Assembly: GCA_030167865.1 (NCBI GenBank)
Contig: JALAGF010001205.1
Coordinates: 106,242 to 126,241, forward strand
Reading direction: 5' to 3'
Length of the DNA stretch: 20,000 bases
From: Craspedostauros australis
Lineage: Eukaryota
Position numbers and translations under genes: made by a program. Below are positions 9,446 through 19,649 of the stretch, in pieces (position 1 is the first letter of the stretch; the number at the start of each line of letters is the position of its first letter). The notes under the pieces are model-generated. The model searched no databases. It saw only the letters and a program-made list of their open reading frames with translations, and had not been told where the DNA came from.

Positions 9446-11107
9446 ATGAGCGCACAGTCGGATACCACCGCGGGTGCATCGGAACATCATGGGAACGATG
9501 GCACTCTACCAGCAGCAGCAGCAACAGCAGCAACAGCAGCAACACCAACAGCAAAAGATGAGACAGAACCAACCAATGAGGATGGAACAATCACCACGAT
9601 CGGCGTTCCGAACAACGAAGACAACGAAAACAAGGATGAAAAGGACGACAATTCATCCGTTCAGGACAATGATGCAAACCAAAACGAGAGGAATGGCAGT
9701 GATGACAGCGGCGATAATGATGACAGTGATGACAAGGAAGATATCGTAATTCTCGACGATCCACCTGCAAGCACCAGCAACTTCCGAGGTGAACCTCAGC
9801 TGAAACGAGCGAGATCAAACACAGACCTGGATGATACCCCAGCACCAGCACTGCCAGACGGCGCTTTGGAACATGAAGACGACATTGGACACGTGAATGA
9901 TGACAACGATGGCAGTGGCAACGATGAGACTCCACAATCTCCTATCGCACGCGGCTACTCTCTGCAGCTGGATTCAGACAACGCCTCCGATTCCGACGGG
10001 CCTCCTGGCGACGACAACAGCACCGAAGGCATCGAATACCCATTCGGAGAATGTCCCACATCCCTCCAGGATGTCGCCACCTTCATCCAATCCGACGCCT
10101 GCAACAAGATCCTTATCCTCGCCGGTGCTGGCATGTCCGTCAAATCGGGCATCCCAGACTTTCGTTCGGCGAACGGATTGTATGCCACGATGGATGTCGA
10201 TGTGCTAACGGCCGACGAAGTCGAGAAGGAAGCCATCCGGATGGATCCCACCATCGCGCTGGACAAACACCTGTTCGTCGAAAATCAATTCCCGTGCTTG
10301 GAGTTGAATCGCTCCTTCCTGCTGGGCACGCAGCGGCAGCAATGGAAGGCCACGTTGGCGCATCGATTCGTCGAACTGCTGCATGCCCGCACCAACAAGC
10401 TGGCACGACTGTACACCCAGAATATCGATGGATTGGAAGATCAGTGTACAAAGCTGCCGCACGACAAGGTCGTCAACGTGCACGGATCCATGGATCGTGC
10501 CGACTGCGCCATGTGCGGTGCCGAAGGCGATTTCGAACAATTCTGTGAGCAGGTCAAACGCAACATCAAGGACATCTCCACACCCAAAGACGAAGACGCG
10601 CCGTTGACGTCGACGCCGATCGCCTGCGCCACATGCGGGTACAACACGATGAAGCCATCCATCGTGCTGTTCCGATCCAGCCTGCCGCGGCGCTTCTTCG
10701 AGCTGGTGCCGCAGGACATCGACGATGTCGATCTGCTCATCGTGGTGGGAACGAGCCTCACGGTGGCGCCGGCCAACACGATCGTCTTCCGCGTGCCGTC
10801 CACCGCCATGCGCGTCGTGGTCAATCGCGATCCCGTGGGTCGGCATGTCGGGATCCGGTACGGCGACGATACGCGGCGCGATTACTTCGCGGGCGGAGAC
10901 ATCGACACGTCCATGCTCGAGCTGATGTGGCATTTGGGTTGGGTCGATGAACTGAAGCCGCTGTTAACGGGCGATCAGCTGCCGGCGCCCAGCGCGGCGT
11001 GCTTATCGTCGTTTTTGGCAGAGAAGGCGGCGGCGTCATCCACCGCTACCGAAGCGACAGCATCGACCGCGACAACGACGTCAGTGACGACAGCGACTGT
11101 TTGTTGA
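9446..11107 (+). CDS. NAD+-dependent protein deacylase, class I sirtuin (SIRT2/Hst2-like), 553 aa with a ~190-aa acidic disordered N-terminus
   Basis: GAGMS, GIPDFRS, YTQNIDGLE, catalytic HGS, zinc ligands CAMC and CATC, KPSIVLF, GTSLTVAP and VNRD motifs, all in order. Confidence 0.95.
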   Translation: MSAQSDTTAGASEHHGNDGTLPAAAATAATAATPTAKDETEPTNEDGTITTIGVPNNEDNENKDEKDDNSSVQDNDANQNERNGSDDSGDNDDSDDKEDIVILDDPPASTSNFRGEPQLKRARSNTDLDDTPAPALPDGALEHEDDIGHVNDDNDGSGNDETPQSPIARGYSLQLDSDNASDSDGPPGDDNSTEGIEYPFGECPTSLQDVATFIQSDACNKILILAGAGMSVKSGIPDFRSANGLYATMDVDVLTADEVEKEAIRMDPTIALDKHLFVENQFPCLELNRSFLLGTQRQQWKATLAHRFVELLHARTNKLARLYTQNIDGLEDQCTKLPHDKVVNVHGSMDRADCAMCGAEGDFEQFCEQVKRNIKDISTPKDEDAPLTSTPIACATCGYNTMKPSIVLFRSSLPRRFFELVPQDIDDVDLLIVVGTSLTVAPANTIVFRVPSTAMRVVVNRDPVGRHVGIRYGDDTRRDYFAGGDIDTSMLELMWHLGWVDELKPLLTGDQLPAPSAACLSSFLAEKAAASSTATEATASTATTTSVTTATVC

Positions 11108-12259
11108 CTGTTGCAAGAATCTATAACGTCATACCCATGCAGCACCATCTGCACCATACACACGGAAACGGATGGATTTCTGACCAAGCAGGGTGGAAGC
11201 TACAAAGAGTACTCCGCTCAACCCTACCCGACCCTATTCAACATATAAAGCACCCTACCATACATTGCGTTGCAAGAAAAGTGTCAAATCGGCTTGTTGG
11301 GAGGAATTTCCGACCAATGCAGCATCTTGGCTGATCTTTGTTCATGGTGGTTTGGCGTTGTGTGGAGTTGGTCATGGTCTACACTAAGTGTGTGTAGTAC
11401 TATTTCTGAGCACACAGGGGTCCATTTGTGCTAGTACTTTGATACCAATCCAAAGGTATCCTTCTCTTTCAACCCAACCAATCACAACCGTCGTGAACGA
11501 TGACGATGTTGAAGTCAGAATTGAGAAACCAACACGACCGCATCACCGCGCACTCGCACAAAAGCAACGCACCTTTTTGTGTCGACGAACGCAAAACAAT
11601 CACAATACGTGCCACATCACGCATCAAGGCATCACGTATTGTGCATCACGTCACACATCCCATCACAAACCCAAACCGCAGCTCAAACCGCTTGTCGACG
11701 TATTCCCAAAGGAAGAACGGACTGTTGACACATCCATCTTTGTGGCACGAGGAGGAGCTTGAAGCATAGCTCGCACGCGAGAGAAAAGGAGCACAGGACA
11801 AAGGACAAAGGTCGAAGAAAGAGGCAAAGTAGCGCAGAGGAGCCATACTTTTGCCAACTCGACACTGGAGGAAGATTTGTCATCGCAAATTGGCGGAACA
11901 CTCAGTGATACTTGTATTCGTACGAGTGCTTGCAAAGGGAGAGAGAGAAAGACAGAACAAGATTCGGAATTGAAGCACCCACGGATTCTCACTCTGTCCG
12001 GATACAACTTGCAGTTGTTGAAGCAGCATCCAGCTCCACGGAACGCAAAGAGCGAAGTGAGAACAACGAGGGCCGGAATCAGCAAAGGGCGCTCGCACAC
12101 ATCACAGCAACACAAGGCGCAAACGCAAACAAACACAACAAGGCGGAAAAAGTGAACAGAAGGCAATTGCCCACAAAGAAACCTTTCCATCCATCGATTA
12201 GTCCATTCATTCATCCATTCCGCACAACTCAACAACAACCACAAAAAACAAAAGCAGCC

Positions 12260-14902
12260 ATGAAATTGAGCGTCGGTTTGTTCCTCACGGTGGTCTCCAC
12301 CAACTGCATCGCATACAACGATGCCTTCACCACAATCCCACGGCAGCACCATTCCGTGCAATCCTTCGTGCCAATTCGTGCGTCGACCTTGGAAGATGTG
12401 GATAAGGTACGGCAAGACAACACAAGACAAGGCAGCCGAGGGAATCACACGCAGCATGACATGGCCAATTGGAGGCGCGCTTCATTCGCTCTGTTGTTGT
12501 TGCCACGTTGCTCACACTCTATCTGTTTCGCATTTCATCGCCTTTTCCACTCATCCATTCATTCATCCATTCCTTGAATTTGGTGTCGTATTGCGCGGTA
12601 CGTCATGCCATGCCACATGATACTCGAACCATGCGATATCATATGATGCCAATATCATGCCCAGAAACGCATGACGCATGAAGATGGAGACGTGCTGTTC
12701 GGAGGTGTGACCACTGGCAGCACCAGTGTTGGACGCAGCAAGCGAACGAGCAACGGGAACAACAAAAAGAGGAACAAAGTGCCCATGAATCCATTGGATC
12801 GCTCCAACGATCCTCTCATCAATGAGTTGCACACCATCCGCAATGAGGTGGCATCGTGTCCAGATATTTGGACCACGGTGTCGAAGGCATGCCCCAACAA
12901 GAAGGCGTTGCTCGATGAACACTTGTGCGACAAGGTCATCGACGTCACCTTCCAACAGATGAATGACATTGTCACAAGGAGCGCCATCGCCTTCACCAAA
13001 TTGGGCGTCCAACCCGGCACGAACGTCGCCATCCTCGGCGAGAATTCGGCGCGTTGGTTGATGGCCGATCATGGCATCCAGCGTGCTGGTGCGTCGTCCG
13101 CCGTGCGCGGTGCCGATGCTCCCCTTGATGAATTGCGGTACATCTACGAGCATTCCGACAGCGCCGGGATCGTCGTGTTGCAAGATCCGCGGTTGCTGCA
13201 GAAATTGATCAAGGATGCGCAGGCCAAGGGCATGGGGGGATTGGGTCTGTCCAACCAGGCTCAGGGCGCCGTGCGTCATGTCGTCCTGATCAACCAAGGC
13301 AAGAAGCACACGAAGGAGGATCTCGAGACCATGACGCTTGGCATGGGGGTGAAGGTCCACATTTTGGCGGACATGATCGACGGTGTCACCGACGAGGACA
13401 TGGACTCTGCGCAGCTCCCAACCCTGCAGCACGAGGATCTGGCCACCATCGTCTACACCTCCGGCACCACGGGCAGCCCGAAGGGCGTCATGCTCACGCA
13501 CGGCAACATCCTGCACCAGCTCTCGCATCGTCTCAATCCCACCATGCAATACGAGGACGGAGAGCCAGTCCCCGACGAGACCATGGTCTCCATCCTACCC
13601 GTCTGGCACATCACCGAACGCACCTTCGAACTGTGGATGCTGGCACGCGGCTGCCGCGTCGTCTATTCCTCCATCCGCACCCTGAAGAAGGACATGGCCA
13701 AGCACAAGCCAGAATGGATGGTGCTCGTGCCACGCGTTCTGGAAAAGATCGCGTCGGGCGTGCAAGACAAATTCGCCTCGGGCAGCGCCGTCGTGCAGGC
13801 CCTGTCGAGCTTCTTCACCAAGACCGGCAGCCTGCGCGCCAAGCACACCAAGGTGTCGCAAGGCCTCGTCGTGGGCGACCAGGCGCCCAACCGGCTGCGC
13901 CGCATCGTCAGCAAGTCCATCGTGGCGGCATTGGCTCCCCTCAATGCAGTCGGCGACAAGCTCGTGTGGACCAAGGTGCGCGACGGGTTTGGTGGCAACT
14001 TGCGCATGATCATCGCGGGCGGCAGCGCGCTGTCGGGGTCGCTGGAATCCTTTTACGAGACGTGCGGATTGACGGTCTCGGTGGGGTACGGGCTGACCGA
14101 GTGCTCACCGCTGCTGTCGTTCCGTCGCACCGACGAGAATCTGGTGACGGCAGGATGCGTCGGCAAACCGACGTTCGATACGGAAGTCAGGGTGGTCGAT
14201 CCCGAGCGCGCGGTGAGCGATGACGAAGAGCGTCCCGCCCTGCCGGTCGGCGAAGTCGGTGTTGTGGTGGGACGCGGTCCGCAGGTGATGAAGGGATACT
14301 ACAAGAATGTCGAAGCCACGAACAAGGCGGTGGATCGGTTCGGATGGTTCGACACGGGTGATCTGGGTCGCATCAATCCCGTCACGGGCGACCTGATCCT
14401 CACGGGTCGCGCCAAGGACACCATCGTCCTGTCGAACGGCGAGAACATCGAGCCGCAGCCCATCGAGGATGAGATCCTGTCCCAAATCCCCATGATCGAC
14501 CAGATCATGCTGACGGGGCAGGACGGACGTCGATTGTGCGCCGTTCTGACGTTGAGCCCAAACGAACTTGCCAGCACGGGGTACGTGTCGCGAGCAGACG
14601 TGGATGCACTGCAGCAGGCCAGCGAAACGGTGAATGATCCGAAATGCAGCCAGGAGGATTGCGCGGAGAATGCGTCAGTGCTGCAGGCCGCATCTACCAA
14701 GCTGCGCGACAATGCGGAGCTGCAGAAGTTCTTGCAGAGCGCCGTGAAGGAAGCCACGCAGAGCTTCCGCCAGTGGGAGCAGGTGAGTAGCATCTACGTG
14801 ACGCTGGAGCCGTTCGCCATGGCGAATGGATTGCTGACGCAGAGTTACAAGGTGAAGCGCGACGCGGTGTTGCAGCGGTACGAAGCCGAGCTGCCGAAGT
14901 AG
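12260..14902 (+). CDS. Plastid-targeted long-chain acyl-activating enzyme (acyl-CoA/acyl-ACP synthetase, AAE15/cyanobacterial Aas-like); exons 12260-12406 and 12665-14902, 794 aa
   Basis: AMP-binding motifs YTSGTTGSPKG, GYGLTE, WFDTGDLG and GRAKDTIVLSNGENIEPQPIE. The upstream exon MKLSVGLFLTVVSTNCIAYNDA-FTTIPRQHHSVQSFVPIRAST splices in frame (AAG|gtacgg...ccag|AAA CGC ATG) onto the 12671 ORF. Confidence 0.93.
12407..12664 (+). other. Spliceosomal intron of the acyl-activating enzyme (258 nt, phase 0)
   Basis: gtacgg donor and cccag acceptor; the join is in frame and attaches a presequence exon to the enzyme. Confidence 0.85.
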
Positions 14903-15408
14903 AGATGATTGGTTGAGGGCTTGCATCGCACTCTGTGCCTCTCTCTCTGTCTTGAGAGTGCTCGAGAGTAAAACACTCCTTCTTTGTTCCATCTCGCTGC
15001 TTCATTGTGCGGCTCGGTTGGGAATGAGGCGCTTCGGCTTGACAAGATGCGGGTATCATTGATGCATCCGCTCTGAAGTACGCGGTTGCACTCGGAGAGT
15101 GGGTGGTGGTTTAACGTAATATTTTACATTTCTACTGCGAGTGAAGTATTGTACAAGTACGATGTTCAGCAAGTGGGTTATGAATATGATACTCGCACGA
15201 TACGGTTGCAGCAGAGTCGAGCATTCTATCATCTCCAGGTCTCCAGTTGGGCCGTTGAATTGTGTTCGAAGAGTGTGGGCTCAAGAGCAGAGTAGTATTC
15301 TGCATGAATGTGATCTGCAGGTCGTACGTGTGGCATCGAACGAACGCAGGACATCCTCCCCATTCCCAAAATTGATACGACAACGGCAGAGTATAGTAGG
15401 TGGACTGC

Positions 15409-16020
15409 TCACTCGCGCATCCGAATAGCTTCATCCGCAATGACGAACTTCTCGGACGCCGCCGAGATCAAGCCATGATACGTCTGCACGAGATGATCGA
15501 CCTTGGCCACCATGTCCTGCGTCCTCGTTTGGAAGCCCTCCATGCGCAATCGCAGGGCATCCAACCGGCGCTGATCGTCGTGCGTGATATTGGTCGACGT
15601 GAGGATCGGCGCCTGCGTGACGGCATCCTCACGTAACGACCCCGACGAGGAGGAGGACGTGAGCAGCAGATGCAGGATCTTGCGCAGCTCCTCCATGTCG
15701 TTGCGCAGGCTGTCGGACGAGGCCAGGACCTCCTGCCGCCGGTACAGCAGGGGCTGCTGCTGATGCGTGAGGGCCATGCCGGGATCCAGATCCTTCATGA
15801 GCTTGTCGGATTCGAGGATGCTGGTGCGCAGCTGCGTTGTGGTCTTGGCTTCGAAGGACGATTTGAGGCTGGCCAAACGGTCGGCGACGCTGTTGTTGGC
15901 CTTGTCGTTGGGCACGGGCAGCAGTCCGATCTTGGCCTCGACGGCCGACAATCGGCTTTCGATGGAGGCTTCGCTTGTGGCGGCCGTCGCCGTCGCCATT
16001 CCTGTTGCTGAAGATGACAT
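15409..16020 (-). CDS. DCTN3: Dynactin subunit 3 (p22/p24)-like coiled-coil protein, 203 aa
   Basis: IESRLSAVEAKIG, KLMKDLDP, RQEVLAS and LVQTYHGLISAASEKFVIADEAI parallel the DCTN3 blocks LQARVEELE, DLIKYLDP, KLQFILA and LLEEYN....LSKQFVQWDELL; the size also matches. Confidence 0.7.
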   Translation of the reverse strand: MSSSATGMATATAATSEASIESRLSAVEAKIGLLPVPNDKANNSVADRLASLKSSFEAKTTTQLRTSILESDKLMKDLDPGMALTHQQQPLLYRRQEVLASSDSLRNDMEELRKILHLLLTSSSSSGSLREDAVTQAPILTSTNITHDDQRRLDALRLRMEGFQTRTQDMVAKVDHLVQTYHGLISAASEKFVIADEAIRMRE

Positions 16021-17103
16021 TGCGAATGTTGGGGTCTTTCAACTGGATTTGAGCAGAGTCGAGTTGACCAGGGTAGACTTCAGTGGAGTTGGGGAGGTGT
16101 TGGCTGTGGTTTGTAGAGTAAGTACAAGTATGCATGACGCTGGCGGGATCCTGTATCAACGGCAACAACGGCAACATCACCATGGTCGGATCATTTCGTT
16201 GCTGTCATCTCCGTGTTGGATGGAGCCTCTGTCGCCATGTTTTGGGCCTGTTTCGTCACTTCGCTTTCCTTCTTGACCAATGTGGTCGAAGTGGTCGTTG
16301 ATCGTTTCGCTTGTTTCAAATTGTGGTCGCTCGGAGGAGTCGACGAAGGGACAACGGAATTGGCCCAACGCCCGCCGTAAATGAGGATTTCCGTTGCGCG
16401 CATCTGTGTGACATCGGAGTGTCATTGGGCACGTGAAGGTTCAAGAAGTCCTGTAAGGCGTGGAGTCGTGTCCCGCCGACAATGAGCGAGTCTTAGAGAG
16501 CGTTGATGGCCGCATTCGTGAAGCGTTACATAATGGTTGTTCAATTGTTGACGTTAACGGACGTTATTGACTATGATGAAGTACGTGTGCCAAGGCGCTT
16601 CTCCGTCCACACCGGCTCACTGAATTTGTCACATTGATTGAATGTGGTTGGTGTCGCTACGTGGTGCGCCAGGGTGCGTTTGGCGGTTTCCCTCTCGGTT
16701 GCGTTGGTGTTCGATTCTTGGACTCGGTTTGTGTGGCGGAAATTTGCGCAAGCACGGTGACAACGGAAGTTGGCGTTGGTGGCAAAAACGGCGGTGTGTT
16801 GGATGTTGGCAGTGGGAGAACGCAGAGAGAGAGAGAAGCAAGAAGAGGATGAGCGTGGGTCGGCAAGGAACAGACGAACGAACGCAATCGCGCCAAAGAG
16901 CCAAACAAAGAGGCGCGACGCAGTGAGCAACGAATGGAGGGCATCAGCGACGAGCATCATCAGCGGCAGAAACAGAAACAGGGAGGAATCACGACGTCTG
17001 ATACAACAACAGCCGCGATCACACCGCAGCAAAGAGGACAACAACAGAGCATCGCCAGGTTCAATCGAATCACTGCCCACCAACGGCAACACCGACAACA
17101 TCG

Positions 17104-17136
17104 ACGTCAACACCAACGTCAACACCAACGTCAACA
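17104..17136. repeat. 12-bp tandem repeat, ~2.75 copies (ACGTCAACACCA)
   Basis: acgtcaacacca acgtcaacacca acgtcaaca. Confidence 0.8.
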
Positions 17137-17252
17137 ATTGCGGTAGCATTGAAATCTGATTGAGGAATAGCGACATCGCAAACATCACCCAACGCAGAAA
17201 TAACAGTCAGAAGTGTCAGTACAAACCGAGTGGCACCACAGTCAACATCCGG

Positions 17253-17297
17253 CAGTATCTACAGCGACAGCATCTACAACGACAGTATCTACAACAA
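17253..17297. repeat. 15-bp tandem repeat, 3 copies (CAGYATCTACARCRA)
   Basis: cagtatctacagcga cagcatctacaacga cagtatctacaacaa. Confidence 0.8.
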
Positions 17298-17657
17298 CGG
17301 ACTCATCTCTTGAAGCAACGCGAAGGGAAGCCCAGAACAGAACTGCGAGCAGCCTCTCCAGACTTCGATTTCACAACATCCCCCGCATTCCAACAGCAAT
17401 ACCTTCGGCGCCAGCATCAGCACCAGCATCAGCGTTCATCTGTGTCACCCATCGCTGCCCAAAGTTGCCTGCTTGTGTTTGGGGAAAGCAACACCAGCGC
17501 AGTGGAAGCAACCGGAACCGCCCTGTTGTACCCGTAGCCGAATCGACTCCGAAGGTCCGAAGAGGGCGCTCACAGCATCCATCCAGCGCGAACAAGCACT
17601 GCCCACTGCAGCAACAACAGCAACTGCCACAGCAGCACCCACAGAAGCAGCAATAAC

Positions 17658-19513
17658 ATGGCACCGTTTCGAAGAGGAAGGAGCGCAGCACCGTCAGACG
17701 CATCCGAGTCATCATCGTCAGCCGCGACGCCGTCCCCATCCCCACAGAAGGGACGCATGCAGTCCGCATGGGACAGACGCCAAAGACGGAAGGCGAAGAA
17801 GTCAACCTCCTCCTCAGCATCCGAGTCATCAGATTCCAACGCGCCCAAATCGAGACGAAAAGTCAAGCTTCCGGATGATGAATGCGATCCGTACGATTCC
17901 GACCCAGGCGAGTCCTACCGCGATCACTGCATGCGAGTCAAAGGCTTCAACACGAGGAGCTGCCTCGTCATGCCCAAGTTCCTCAGAGGCGCCAACGCCA
18001 CCACCAGCAGCAAGGGTGGGGAGAGCGACACGGAGGCCACGACCCCACCATCGCCGCTGGCATCAGAAGCGGACGATTTCATGGGAAGCACGCCGGCTGC
18101 GCTCGCGAGGGACATCACCAGAGTGCGCTACTCGTTGAGAACATCGATCGGGGATGGCTCCGAGAAGCAGCCGGAGGGGCCCACGGTCATGGAACGCCGC
18201 CAGCTGCGGCCCAACAACATTCATATCAACGTCAGTCACTGGAGTGACACGGGCTGCAGGAATTACATGGAAGACAGGTGAGTGTATGCGTGTGCCACGT
18301 GCAACGTGCAATGTACCCATACGTACATACATATCCCGTTTCATATCTCTGCTGCCCAAGCGAAACCAATGTCAAACCAAGGTCGCTCTGGTTTAATCCC
18401 TCGTTGAATCAATCACTTGCTCTACTCTGCGTACTCTGCCCGTCAACGATCATCTCACATGAACCATCCATCTACTCTTTTCTCCGCTCCACTCCACTCT
18501 GTCGGATTTTCTGCTCCAATCAACCATCACTGCGTCACTACACGATGATGCTACACAACGCCATGCGATACCACACAACACCCATTCAACTCGTACACAC
18601 TATACTCTACGCAGATATTCAATTGAGGACATGGGCGCTGTGCAGGTAGAGATCAGTCCTGTGGCTGTGCGCAACCCAACGGAGGCCGACGCAGGGGTGG
18701 AGGTCACCTTTGGCAACCGCAAGAACAGACGTCTCAAGATGCCGCTCACATGGGTCGGTGTCTACGATGGTCACGGGGGAGAGAAGGCGAGCCAGTACTG
18801 CGCGGACTGGCTGTCATCGTACGTGCGCAACGAGGAGGCGTATCCCTTCGATCTGGGCTACGCCATGAAGAATGCATTCAACGCCATTGACGAAGACTTT
18901 GTCGCCACCGGCAATCCAGACGGCTCAACGTCGTGCGCCGTCACATTGGTGGGAGGCAGACGGATCGTGTGCGCCAACGCGGGAGATTCCAGAGCCATCG
19001 TGGTGCGACGGGACGGAACCGTGGTCAGGCTCAGCCGAGATCACAAGCCCGGAATGCCAGACGAGACGAGGAGAATATCAGACCTGGGCGGTCGCGTCAT
19101 CTATTGGGGTCGATGGCGCGTCGAGGGATTGCTGGCCGTGTCACGCAGCGTTGGCGATGCCTCGCTCAAACCCTACGTCACGGCAGAGCCAGAGGTCTGC
19201 GAGTACGACATCGGAAAGGATGATTGGTTCCTCATATTATCATCAGATGGTATCTGGGATGTCATGGACAACGAAGAGGCGGCGCATGTCGTCATCGCAT
19301 CATCGTGCGTCATGGAGGACGGCAAGCTGCAGATCGACACCAACCGGTTCAAGTGGGCAGCCAGAAATCTTTGTGAACATGCCAAGTAAGTCCATCAATC
19401 TCTCGCAAGCTATGCGCAACAAACACAGCACTACCCCGCATTTCAACTTGATTCGACTCATCTCACACCCCTCGCCTTTCCATTCATTCTTGCGCTACTT
19501 CCATCACCCTTCC

Positions 19514-19544
<31 letters not shown>

Positions 19545-19649
19545 CGACAACACAGATCCTGCGGTTCAACAGACAACTTCTCTGTCATTGTGGTGGACCT
19601 CAAGAGCTGCGGTAACCCAGCCGCAAGATCTGGACGATACGAACCATGA
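17658..19649 (+). CDS. Protein phosphatase 2C (PPM family); exons 17658-18277, 18615-19385 and 19556-19649, 494 aa, with a Ser-rich/basic N-terminal extension
   Basis: GCRNYMEDR (spans intron 1), VYDGHGG, GSTS, ANAGDSR, LSRDHKP, LAVSRSVGD, SSDGIWD and GSTDNFSVIVVDL (exon 3). Both phase-2 splices restore the frame. Confidence 0.95.
18278..18614 (+). other. PP2C intron 1 (337 nt, phase 2)
   Basis: AG|gtgagt ... acgcag|A gives MEDR-YSIEDMG in frame with the 18631 ORF. Confidence 0.9.
19386..19555 (+). other. PP2C intron 2 (170 nt, phase 2)
   Basis: AA|gtaagt ... cacag|A gives HAK-SCGSTDNFSV, supplying the last metal-binding Asp motif. Confidence 0.92.
19515..19544. repeat. (CAA)10 microsatellite inside PP2C intron 2
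   Basis: Ten perfect CAA units ending 11 nt before the end of the intron. Confidence 0.95.

Noticed and set aside
11219..11240. caaccctacccgaccctattc as a telomere-like seed
   Set aside because: Only two imperfect CCCTA units; not an array.
11663..12577. 264-aa minus and 221-aa plus ORFs upstream of the acyl ligase
   Set aside because: Only 12260-12406 of the plus ORF is coding; the remainder is UTR or intron, and the minus ORF is compositional.
16690..16730. gttcgattc resembling a tRNA T-loop
   Set aside because: No flanking T-stem, acceptor stem or cloverleaf could be built.
17700..17831. 15-nt direct repeat GCATCCGAGTCATCA (17700 and 17817) in PP2C exon 1
   Set aside because: A small duplication within a Ser-rich low-complexity region (ASESS), with no element between the copies.
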